Below are positions 48,081 through 56,659 of a stretch of DNA of 64,000 nucleotides, one piece after another (position 1 is the stretch's first letter; the number at the start of each line of letters is the position of its first letter). A program made the position numbers and the translations under genes. The notes beneath the pieces were generated by a model. It had not been told where the DNA came from. It worked only from the letters and a program-made list of their open reading frames with translations, and made no database searches. The DNA is from an uncultured Acidobacteriota bacterium (lineage in GTDB: Bacteria > Acidobacteriota > Vicinamibacteria > Vicinamibacterales > CAVVIG01): contig CAVOHK010000009.1 of the NCBI GenBank assembly GCA_963695635.1, positions 72,671-136,670 of the forward strand, written 5' to 3'.

Positions 48081-50560
48081 ACGTGTCGAGGTCTTTCGGT
48101 GCCGTATGTATGGCTGTGGTGATTGTGGTGGCGTCTGCCCGCAATCACGCGCAGAGCGTTCAGCAGCCGCCGCCGACGCCAGCCACGCCACCTTCGACAA
48201 CGCCAGCAACACCACCCGCGACGCCAGCAGCGCCCCCAGCTTCCCCCCCAACCACCACACCGGCACCGGCAACACCTCAGCCTGCCGATGCTTCAGCAGG
48301 CGCTTCCGAGCCGGTGTCGCTGAGCGAATCGCTGATGCGGATTGGACCGAGCCATTACATCCGCCAGGGGAAAGTCGAGATCCACGACGCCAAGAACAAG
48401 ACCGACATTTACGCCGACCTGGTTGAGTTTTTCGAGGACGAGGATCGAGCAATCGCCACCGGAAATTTCGTCATGTCGCAGGGCACCAATCGGATTTCCG
48501 CGGAGCGCGCCGAGTTCAACACCAAGAGCGGGCTGGGTACGTTCTACAACGCCAGCGGCATCGCCACGATCACACCGCCGCGCCAGACCCGTCCCGGAGG
48601 CCTCGCCCCGCCGCCAACCGGCGACGTGCTGGTGTATTTCTTCGGCGAGACGGTCGAAAAGATTGGCCCCAAAAAGTATCGGATCACCAAGGGCGGGTTT
48701 TCGACTTGTGTGCAGCCGACGCCGCGTTGGGAAATGAGCGCCAGCACGGTGGTGTTGAACGTCGATCACTACACGCTGTTGAAGAACGCGGTGATGACGG
48801 TCAAGGGCGTGCCGATGCTTTACCTGCCGGTGCTGTATTACCCGACGAAGCGCGAAGACCGCGCCACCGGCTTCCTCTTGCCCACCTACGGCATTTCATC
48901 GCTGCGCGGCCAGGCGCTTCACAACGGGTTCTTCTGGGCGATCAACCGCAGTCAGGACGCGACGTTTTTTCACGACTGGTTCTCGAAAACCGGCCAGGGC
49001 GTCGGTACCGAATACCGCTATAACTACGGTCGCGGCACCGATGGAAATTTGCGGGCGTACATGCTCGATGAGAAAGAGGTCCAATACGTCCTGTCCGACG
49101 GCTCGCTCGGCGATCCGATTCCGGCCACTCGAAGTTACGAGTTCCGTGGCGGTGCGAACCAGCGCCTGCCTGGAAATCTGATCGCTCGCGCGAACATCGA
49201 CTACTTCTCGAGTTTGCAGACGTCGCAAACGTTCAATACCAACATCTACGACTTTTCGCGCAATTCGCGCCGCTATGGCGGCAACATCGTCGGCGCCTGG
49301 GGCACCTACTCGATGAACGCCACGCTCGACCATAGCGAGTACTTCTACAACGCGGACGAATCGGTCCTGTCGGGCGTCTGGCCGCGGTTTGCGCTCAACC
49401 GCAACGAGCGGCCGATTCCTGGAACACCGCTCTACCTGTCAGTGACCAGCGAGATCGCGCGGCAACTGCGCGACACCAATGCCTTCAACGCCGATCACGA
49501 GATCGAGACGACCAGCCAGTCGCTCAGCCGGTTCGACGTCGCGCCGCAAATTCGATTCCCGTTCAAGAAATGGCAGTGGCTGACCGCGAACACCACCGTC
49601 AGCGCGCGCGAGACCTATTACACGCGGAGCTACGCGCCGACCGGCGATCCGGCGGTCCGTCCTTCAGTCGTCACTGACGAACCGCTCAGTCGGCCGGTCT
49701 TTTCCATCCAATCGCAAATTACCGGACCGCTGTTCAACCGCATCTGGGATACGCCGAACAATGGGTATGCGGAGAAGTTCAAGCACTCGATCGAGCCGTT
49801 CCTCTACATCACCAAGACGGCGGATGTCGAGAATTACGACCGCGTGATCGTGTTCGACGGCATCGACAGCTTCGTCGGTGGCACGACCTATCGGTACGGG
49901 TTGGCCAATCGTTTTTACGCGAAGCGAAAGATGCAGCCTGGACAGCCGTCGCAAGCGCGCGAAATTGCGGCGGTCGAGATTTCGCAGTCGTACTACACCA
50001 ACCAATACCAGTCGATTTACGATCGGCAGTACCAGTCGACCACCTACGGCGACACCATCCCATCGAACTTTTCACCGATCGCGCTGAACTTTCGCACGAC
50101 ACCGGGAAACCAGGTGAACACCACCGTTCGCGCGGAATTCGACAGTCGCTCGCACGAACTGATGACGATTTCGGCGTCGGGCACGGTGACGATTGGCTCG
50201 TTCGTTCAAGCCCAGGCCGGTTGGAGCAAGCGAGCCTTCGTCGAATCGCTGTCGAATTTCAACAACAAGGATTTTCTCGACCACTTCATCAATTCGTCGA
50301 CGACGGTGCGGACGCGCGACAACAAATACGGCACGACCTACACCTTCAACTACGACGTGTTGCACGACGCGATCCTGCAACAGCGCCTCACCGGCTTCTA
50401 CAACGCCCAGTGCTGCGGCCTGGCGATGGAGTATCAGACCTTGAATTACGGCGCGAATTCCAGCTATCCGCCGGATCGCCGTTTCTTCCTGTCCTTCACG
50501 CTCGCAGGCCTTGGCAACTTCTCTCCGTTCAATGGCGCGATGAGCGGCGTGCCGCGGTAG
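48077..50560 (+). CDS. lptD: LPS-assembly outer-membrane protein LptD/OstA family
   Basis: GTG at 48077 overlaps the folC stop. Signal peptide [20 protein letters not shown], a Pro/Thr-rich linker, an OstA-like N-domain and a large barrel. Confidence 0.75.
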   Translation: MNVSRSFGAVCMAVVIVVASARNHAQSVQQPPPTPATPPSTTPATPPATPAAPPASPPTTTPAPATPQPADASAGASEPVSLSESLMRIGPSHYIRQGKVEIHDAKNKTDIYADLVEFFEDEDRAIATGNFVMSQGTNRISAERAEFNTKSGLGTFYNASGIATITPPRQTRPGGLAPPPTGDVLVYFFGETVEKIGPKKYRITKGGFSTCVQPTPRWEMSASTVVLNVDHYTLLKNAVMTVKGVPMLYLPVLYYPTKREDRATGFLLPTYGISSLRGQALHNGFFWAINRSQDATFFHDWFSKTGQGVGTEYRYNYGRGTDGNLRAYMLDEKEVQYVLSDGSLGDPIPATRSYEFRGGANQRLPGNLIARANIDYFSSLQTSQTFNTNIYDFSRNSRRYGGNIVGAWGTYSMNATLDHSEYFYNADESVLSGVWPRFALNRNERPIPGTPLYLSVTSEIARQLRDTNAFNADHEIETTSQSLSRFDVAPQIRFPFKKWQWLTANTTVSARETYYTRSYAPTGDPAVRPSVVTDEPLSRPVFSIQSQITGPLFNRIWDTPNNGYAEKFKHSIEPFLYITKTADVENYDRVIVFDGIDSFVGGTTYRYGLANRFYAKRKMQPGQPSQAREIAAVEISQSYYTNQYQSIYDRQYQSTTYGDTIPSNFSPIALNFRTTPGNQVNTTVRAEFDSRSHELMTISASGTVTIGSFVQAQAGWSKRAFVESLSNFNNKDFLDHFINSSTTVRTRDNKYGTTYTFNYDVLHDAILQQRLTGFYNAQCCGLAMEYQTLNYGANSSYPPDRRFFLSFTLAGLGNFSPFNGAMSGVPR

Positions 50561-50570
50561 TCGCTCACCG

Positions 50571-51554
50571 ATGACCACCACTCTCGTCACTGGCGCTGCC
50601 GGATTTGCCGGCAGCCATTTACTGGATCTGCTTGCTGACGTTCCGGGCGCCTCGGACCGCATCGTCGCGTGGCAACGCCCCGGCAGCAATCGGCGGCAGG
50701 CTGACGCCGGCGGCATCGTCTGGGAAGAGGTGGACGTCCTCGACCGCGACGCGGTGCGAGCGGCCGTCGCGAGAATCCGCCCATCGATGGTCTACCACTG
50801 CGCCGGCGCCGCGCATGTCGGACGCGCGTGGGACAAGACCGAATCGACGTTTGCGATCAACGTCCGCGGCACGCACTACCTGCTCGATGCGTTGTCGCGC
50901 GTCGATCAGAACTGTCGGGTACTGATTCCCGGCTCCGCGCTCGCCTACACCCCGGCCGACCGCGCGTTGACCGAGCGCGACCCGCTGGTTCCGTCGAGTC
51001 CGTACGGCGTCAGTAAGCTGGCGCAGGAGATGCTCGCCGCGCATGCTGGTGATAATCTGTCGGTCGTCGTTGCACGTGCGTTCAATCACTTCGGTCCGCG
51101 CCAGGATCCGTTGTTCGCAGCCTCGGGATTTGCGCAGCGGATCGCCGACATCGAGCGCGGCCAGTGGGAACCGACGATCTCGGTCGGCAACCTCGATGCG
51201 CGCCGCGACCTGATGGACGTGCGCGACACGGTGCGCGCCTATCGCCTGATGCTGGAGCGGGCCAAACCGGGCGACATCTTCAACGTCTGCACCGGCACCG
51301 CAATCACGATCCGCGAGCTGCTCGATAAGCTGATTGCCCGAGCGAAGGTTCCGGTCACCATTGCGGTCGATCCGGCGCGCATGCGCCCCAACGACACGCC
51401 ACTGCTCCTCGGCGACCCGACCCGGATCCGGGAAACGCTTGGCTGGGTGCCACGGATTCCACTCGAACAGACAGTTGACGACCTGCTCGATTACTGGCGA
51501 AATCAGGCAAAGTCGAAAGTCGAAAGTCCAAGTCTGAAAGTCGGTGAAGTCTGA
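50571..51554 (+). CDS. Extended-SDR NAD-dependent sugar epimerase/dehydratase (GDP-sugar reductase-like)
   Basis: TGAAGFAGSHL Rossmann motif and YGVSKLAQE catalytic YxxxK. The last about 15 codons are encoded by the repeat array. Confidence 0.8.
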   Translation: MTTTLVTGAAGFAGSHLLDLLADVPGASDRIVAWQRPGSNRRQADAGGIVWEEVDVLDRDAVRAAVARIRPSMVYHCAGAAHVGRAWDKTESTFAINVRGTHYLLDALSRVDQNCRVLIPGSALAYTPADRALTERDPLVPSSPYGVSKLAQEMLAAHAGDNLSVVVARAFNHFGPRQDPLFAASGFAQRIADIERGQWEPTISVGNLDARRDLMDVRDTVRAYRLMLERAKPGDIFNVCTGTAITIRELLDKLIARAKVPVTIAVDPARMRPNDTPLLLGDPTRIRETLGWVPRIPLEQTVDDLLDYWRNQAKSKVESPSLKVGEV

Positions 51555-51598
51555 AGTCTGAAGTCTGAAAATTTGCAATCTGCAATCGCCAATTTGCA
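51509..51598. repeat. Adjacent short-period arrays (GTCGAAA / GTCTGAA heptamers, then GCAATYTG octamers)
   Basis: aagtcgaaagtcgaaagtccaagtctgaaagtcggtgaagtctgaagtctgaagtctgaaaatttgcaatctgcaatcgccaatttgca. It ends at the ATG of the next gene. Confidence 0.85.
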
Positions 51599-52531
51599 AT
51601 GAGAGTGTTACTCACTGGCGGCACCGGATATCTCGGCCAACGCATCGCGCAGGCCCTGGCGGCTCGCGGTCACCAGCTGACGGTGTTTGCGCGCTCCGCG
51701 GAACAGGCCGGCCTTCCCGGACGCGCATGCAATGGCGACATCCGAGACCGCCGCGCACTCGAACAGGCCGCCGCGGGTTGTGAGGCGATTGTCCACACCG
51801 CAGCGCTGGTCAGCATCTGGCAGCGTGGCGGCGGCACGATTTTCGACGACGTCAACGTCGGCGGCTTACGAAACGTCATCGATGCCGCTGCCGCCAACGG
51901 CATCGGTCGGATCGTGTATACGTCGTCGTTTCTCGCGCGACCGCCTGCTGATTCGCCCACACCGATCGACGCCAACGACTATGCGCGAACGAAGATCGCC
52001 GCGGAGCGGCTGGCTGACGATGCCGTTCAACGCGGAGCGCCGATCATCCGTCTCTATCCCGGGGTGATTTACGGGCCAGGCGCGCGGACTGAAGGCAATC
52101 TGCTGGGCAGGTTGATCGCCGACCATTTGCGTTGGCGGCTTCCCGCGATCGTCGGACCGGAAAAGATCTGGTCCTTCGCCTACGTCGACGACGTTGCCGC
52201 CGGCCATTGCGCCGCGGTCGAAAGTGGCGCACTCGGTGGACGCTACGCGCTCGGCGGCGACAACGCGCCGCAGCGCCGAGCGTTCGAAATTGTCCAACAG
52301 TTGACCGGCCGCCGGCCGCCGCTTCGAATGCCGTTTTCGGTTGCCGTCGGACTTGGCGTGATTGAACAAAGCCGCGCTCGCCTGTTCGGCGGCATGCCGC
52401 TCGTCACTCCCGGGACTGTCGAAATCCTCCGGCACGATTGGCCACTCGACAGCACTGACGCCGTTCGCGATCTCGGCTACGCCATGACGCCACTCGCCGA
52501 GGGCATCCGCAGAACCGTGGCGTCGTTGTGA
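51599..52531 (+). CDS. Extended-SDR NAD-dependent epimerase/reductase
   Basis: TGGTGYLGQRI Rossmann motif and YARTKIAAE YxxxK. The stop overlaps the next start (GTGA). Confidence 0.8.
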   Translation: MRVLLTGGTGYLGQRIAQALAARGHQLTVFARSAEQAGLPGRACNGDIRDRRALEQAAAGCEAIVHTAALVSIWQRGGGTIFDDVNVGGLRNVIDAAAANGIGRIVYTSSFLARPPADSPTPIDANDYARTKIAAERLADDAVQRGAPIIRLYPGVIYGPGARTEGNLLGRLIADHLRWRLPAIVGPEKIWSFAYVDDVAAGHCAAVESGALGGRYALGGDNAPQRRAFEIVQQLTGRRPPLRMPFSVAVGLGVIEQSRARLFGGMPLVTPGTVEILRHDWPLDSTDAVRDLGYAMTPLAEGIRRTVASL

Positions 52532-53859
52532 CCGGTCACAACGAGAGGGCGCGGCAATGGGTCCACGCGGGATCCGGGGCTTTCGCACTCGCGCTGCGAT
52601 TTCTAACCTGGTGGCAGGCAGCCCTCCTGGCAGCGATTGCGCTGGTCTTCAATGCGCTCGTGTTGCCGTACGTCGGCGGACGACGCTTGTACCGTCCGGT
52701 CGATCAGGCGCGCGGCTTTCCGCTCGGCATCCTGTTGTATCCGCTTGCGGTGCTGATGTTGATCCTGATGTTTCCGTCGCGGCTCGACATCGCCGCCGCG
52801 GCGTGGGCGATTCTCGCGCTCGGCGACGGTGCCGCGACGCTGGTCGGTCAGGCGGTTCGCAGTTCGCCGCTGCCGTGGAACCGCGACAAAAGTGTTGCGG
52901 GAACTGCAGCGTTCGTCGGACTCGGAGCAATCGGCGGCGTCGCACTGGCCTGGTGGACGCGAACCGCGATCGATCCTCAACCCTCGATGACATTTACGAT
53001 TCTGGCGCCGGTCGTCGCGGCAGTCGTGGCCGCGTCCGTCGAAACCATCCCCGTGCGGTTGGACGACAACATCTCGGTGCCGGCGACCGCGGCCGCAGTC
53101 CTGTGGTTGGCCAGCATCGGTTCAGCCGCGGTGCTGCACGACGCGTTGCCATCGATCTTCGCGACGCTGCCGTGGGCGCTAGCCGTCAACATTCCGGTCT
53201 CTTACCTTGGGTATCGCGCGAAGACCGTCAGCTTGTCGGGTTGCATTGGCGGCGCCGTCATCGGACTCGTCATCTACGCCTGCCTTGGCGGCGGCGCCTG
53301 GCTCTTTCTCTTCGCGACGTTTCTGGTCGCATCGGTGACGTCGCGGCTTGGGCTGAAACGAAAGCTGCTGCTCGGCATCGCGGAGGATCGTGGCGGGCGC
53401 CGCGGCGCCGGCAATGCGATAGCGAACTGCGGTATCGCTGCGGCAGCGGCAATCGCCGCGGTCACGACGCCGCATCGCGAGGCGGCCTTGCTGGTATTCG
53501 TCGCCGCGTTGACAGCGGGTGGTAGCGACACGGTGGCCAGCGAGATCGGCAAGGCGTTTGGCAAAGCAACGTTTCTCGTGACGACATTTCGCCGTGCGCC
53601 CGCCGGCACGTCGGGTGCGATGTCGCTGGAAGGAACGGCGGCCGGCCTGTTGTCGGCGGTAGCGCTCGCCGCGCTTGCCGTCGTGCTGCAACTGATTCCG
53701 TCGCCGGCCGTGGTCGTAGTCAGCGTGGCAGCCACCATCGGCGCGCTGGTCGAGAGCGCGCTGGGCGCGACGCTCGAAGGACCAGGTATCCTGAACAACG
53801 ACATGCTCAACTTTCTCAACACCGCCGTCGCGGCAGCAGCGGTGCTGGCGATCGGATGA
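52528..53859 (+). CDS. Fusion membrane protein: CTP-dependent polyprenol kinase-like domain (dolichol kinase/VTE5 family) + DUF92 (TMEM19/VTE6-like) domain
   Basis: N-half has LALGDGAATLVGQAVRSSPLPWNRDKSVAGTAAF. C-half has GGSDTVASEIGKAFG and AGTSGAMSLEGTAAG. More than 10 predicted TMs. Confidence 0.7.
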   Translation: MTGHNERARQWVHAGSGAFALALRFLTWWQAALLAAIALVFNALVLPYVGGRRLYRPVDQARGFPLGILLYPLAVLMLILMFPSRLDIAAAAWAILALGDGAATLVGQAVRSSPLPWNRDKSVAGTAAFVGLGAIGGVALAWWTRTAIDPQPSMTFTILAPVVAAVVAASVETIPVRLDDNISVPATAAAVLWLASIGSAAVLHDALPSIFATLPWALAVNIPVSYLGYRAKTVSLSGCIGGAVIGLVIYACLGGGAWLFLFATFLVASVTSRLGLKRKLLLGIAEDRGGRRGAGNAIANCGIAAAAAIAAVTTPHREAALLVFVAALTAGGSDTVASEIGKAFGKATFLVTTFRRAPAGTSGAMSLEGTAAGLLSAVALAALAVVLQLIPSPAVVVVSVAATIGALVESALGATLEGPGILNNDMLNFLNTAVAAAAVLAIG

Positions 53860-54755
53860 AGCCCTACTTCGAGCTTGGGCGACCGTTCACGCTCGTCGCT
53901 CCAGCCCTCGGCTTTTTGTCCGGTGCGTTGACGGCCGTTGGCGCCGCCCCTCCCGAAACCTGGAGTCTGGGACTGATGGTTCCACCGATTCTCGGATCGG
54001 TGATGGCGGCTACGCTGAACGCCGGCAACAACGCGCTGAATCAGATTTACGACCTCGAGATCGACCGGGTCAACAAGCCGAAGCGGCCGCTGCCAAGCGG
54101 GCGGCTGAACATCACCCAGGCGTGGATCTTCACGGCGATTACCTACGTCGCCGCGCTCGTGCTGGCATGGTTGGTCGCGCCCGGCGGGCGGCATGAATGC
54201 TTCTGGCTGGTCGCAATCGCGGTGGTGTGTACTTTTATCTACTCGGTGCCGCCGTTGCGGACCAAGCGGCTGGGCATCTGGGCAAACATCACGATTGCGA
54301 TTCCGCGCGGCACCCTGCTGAAGGTTGCGGGATGGTCGTCGGTGAAAACGATTTTCGGCGTCGAGCCATGGTACATCGGCGCCATTTTTGGATTGTTCCT
54401 TCTTGGCGCGACTACCACCAAAGACTTCGCTGATATGGAAGGCGACCGACGCGGCGGTTGCCGGACGCTGCCGATCCAGTACGGCGTACAACGCGCGGCG
54501 TGGATGATTTCACCATCGTTCGTGGTGCCGTTCACGATGATTCCGATCGGATCGTGGATCGGCATTCTGACCGGCAATTTCTGGCTGTTACAGGTGCTCG
54601 GCGTGGTGATGACGGTTTACGGGGTCTACGTCTGTTATCTGATGCTGCGGCGTCCCGAAGAGCTCGCGGTCGAGGAAAACCACGTCTCGTGGGCTCACAT
54701 GTACCGCATGATGTTCGTCGCGCAGATCGGATTCGCGATCGCGTACCTCCTTTAA
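53856..54755 (+). CDS. UbiA-superfamily prenyltransferase (chlorophyll synthase / DGGGP synthase-like branch)
   Basis: NALNQIYDLEIDRVNKPKRPLPSG and KDFADMEGDRRGGCRTLP Asp-rich motifs. ATGA overlap with the upstream gene. Confidence 0.85.
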   Translation: MKPYFELGRPFTLVAPALGFLSGALTAVGAAPPETWSLGLMVPPILGSVMAATLNAGNNALNQIYDLEIDRVNKPKRPLPSGRLNITQAWIFTAITYVAALVLAWLVAPGGRHECFWLVAIAVVCTFIYSVPPLRTKRLGIWANITIAIPRGTLLKVAGWSSVKTIFGVEPWYIGAIFGLFLLGATTTKDFADMEGDRRGGCRTLPIQYGVQRAAWMISPSFVVPFTMIPIGSWIGILTGNFWLLQVLGVVMTVYGVYVCYLMLRRPEELAVEENHVSWAHMYRMMFVAQIGFAIAYLL

Positions 54756-54829
54756 GTTGAACGCCGAGACCGCGGAGATCGCCGAGAAGAAAATCATGAT
54801 TCTCTGCGGCCTCGGCGAACTCGGCGTTC
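54756..54829. repeat. GAACGCCGAG...CTCGGCGTTC hairpin element, intergenic copy
   Basis: gttgaacgccgagaccgcggagatcgccgag-aagaaaatcatgatt-ctctgcggcctcggcgaactcggcgttc. Confidence 0.8.
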
Positions 54830-54901
54830 TTGTCGCTCTTTGCCAAGTAAGATCCAACGCAAAGTTCGCGAAGGTCGCAAAGAAAGATAATCTTTTCTCC
54901 G

Positions 54902-55570
54902 TTACCCCAGTTTCCAGAAGTCCCCGGTCAACCCCACGCTCGCGAAGATCTCATGTGCTTCGTCCACGGTCGGCCGGCGGAAATCGGGATCGAGCCGCGA
55001 ACCGTACCATCGCTGCGACAACGACCACACCTGAGCGATCGTCAGGGTGGCGCCGCGCTCGACACCACGCGCGTCACACCACCGCGCCACGTTCTCTTCC
55101 GACCGGAAGAGCAGGATGTTGGCTCACGTGTAGAAGATGTCGTCCCAAAAACGACGTGCCGGCACTTCGAGATGCACAACGCCCGCGCCTTCGACAACGC
55201 CACGCTGAACCGTCGCGGGCAATGCTTCTCCTGACCACGCGCATTTCGCCTCGAGCAGTGCATCTTCCTTGAGCGCCGCCGCCACACCGAACATGTCCCA
55301 TGCGCAGGGTGCGTACCAGGACACAGCGGCGCCATGCGCACGGAACGAACTCGGAACGGCAGAAAACGGCGGCGCCGACCACAACTGGACTGTTCCCGGC
55401 TTCAGAACGACAACGTGTGATTCGGCGAGTGTCTCGAACGCGTGGGTAACGTCCGCGACAGCAAGTTCTTCAACGGCTGCAACTTGTTGGACCGTCGGGG
55501 CAAGGCCGGTGGCGACGATGCGGTCGTAAATGACGCTCCTGACGCGCTGCAGCAGCTCGGTCTGCGGCAT
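54902..55570 (-). CDS. MerB (alkylmercury lyase) family protein with an in-frame TGA at the catalytic-Cys position; candidate selenoprotein
   Basis: ORFs 55124..55570 and 54902..55090 share one frame and are separated by the TGA at 55124-55126. PCAWD (C-x-x-D), a Cys 21 residues later, and ...FWDDIFYT-TGA-ANILLFRSEE... aligned with MerB ...SFCCHVHFFAS... Confidence 0.65.
55086..55123 (-). promoter_or_regulatory. Candidate bacterial SECIS element
   Basis: mRNA reads UGA-GCCA-ACAUCCUG-CUCUUCC-GGUC-GGAAGAG-AACG-UGGC. A 7-bp perfect stem with a GGUC loop starting 19 nt after the UGA. An optional 4-bp lower stem. Confidence 0.55.
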
Positions 55571-55605
55571 GGGCTTGACAGTACTGACTAGAAGAGCAGA
55601 ATCAT

Positions 55606-56659
55606 GTGGCGAAGAAAAAGCGTATGCCAGCCTTCCCTTTACTCTTCGACCTCGAACCGCGTCGAGCGAAGCCTACCGTCCGCGATGTCGCGAATACCGT
55701 AAAGCGCGGCGGCACCGAAGCGCTCACCGAAGCAGAACGACGCGCCGATCAAGCGACCTATCAGGAAGTGACCTGCCGTTCGGCGCTCAACCGCGTGAAA
55801 GGAATGCCGTTCGACTGGACGCTCAACCCCTATCGCGGCTGCACGCACGGTTGCCATTATTGCTATGCGCGGCGCTATCACCGCCAATTCGAGATGAACG
55901 CCGACGACGAATTCGCGTCGGTGATTCTGGTAAAGAAGAACTTCGTCGAGGTGCTCGAACGTGAACTGGCGAGGCCCTCGTGGACCGGCGAGTACATCGC
56001 AATCGGCACCGCGACCGACTGTTACCAGCCGATCGAAGGCCATTACAAGTTGACGCGCGAATCGTTGAAGGCGCTGGTGCGCGCACGGAATCCGGCCGGC
56101 TTGATCACCAAAGGCCCGATGGTGGTGCGCGATCGCGACGTGCTGTCGGACTTGACCAAAGCGGCCGGCTGCACCGTCTACATCAGTGTGCCGACGGTAG
56201 ACGAGCACGCCTGGGAGACGCTGGAGCCTGGCACGGCACATCCGCTGCAGCGCTTGCGAGCGGTTCGAGAACTGGTCGACGCCGGCATCAGCGCGGGCGT
56301 TCTGATGAATCCGATCGTCCCTGGCTTCTCCTCGTCACGCGCGAAGATCGAGCGGACGATCAAGGCGATTGCCGACCACGGCGCGCGCTTCGTCGGCTGC
56401 AACGTGATGTTCCTCGAAGACGGAACCCGCGACCATTTCATGAAGTTCCTGGCACGCGACTTTCCGTCGTGGGTGCCACGTTACGAACGCCTCTACGCCA
56501 GGAAGTACGCACCCGACGACTATCGGAAACAGGTGCAAGGGATGATTCGGGTGCTTCAGGACCGATACGGAGTCGTCCGCCGCGAGCGTCCGAGCGAGGC
56601 GAAACAGCTCCCCGGCGTCGTTCGCCGGGGAGGTTGCGCAGGTTGGATTCGCCTTTTAG
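55606..56659 (+). CDS. Radical SAM protein (SplB/COG1533-like), probable frameshift near the 3' end
   Basis: YRGCTHGCHYCYARRY CxxxCxxC cluster motif. As read, the ORF runs on to 57666 antisense to clp. Dropping one C of the CCCC at 56610-56613 gives ...AKQLPASFAGEVAQVGFAF-stop at 56657-56659. Confidence 0.8.

Noticed and set aside
54902-55570. Mercury-resistance (mer) island around the MerB-like gene
   Set aside because: No merR, merT, merP or merA is nearby. The neighbours are a UbiA operon and a radical SAM gene. The gene is treated as a stand-alone MerB-family homolog of unknown substrate.
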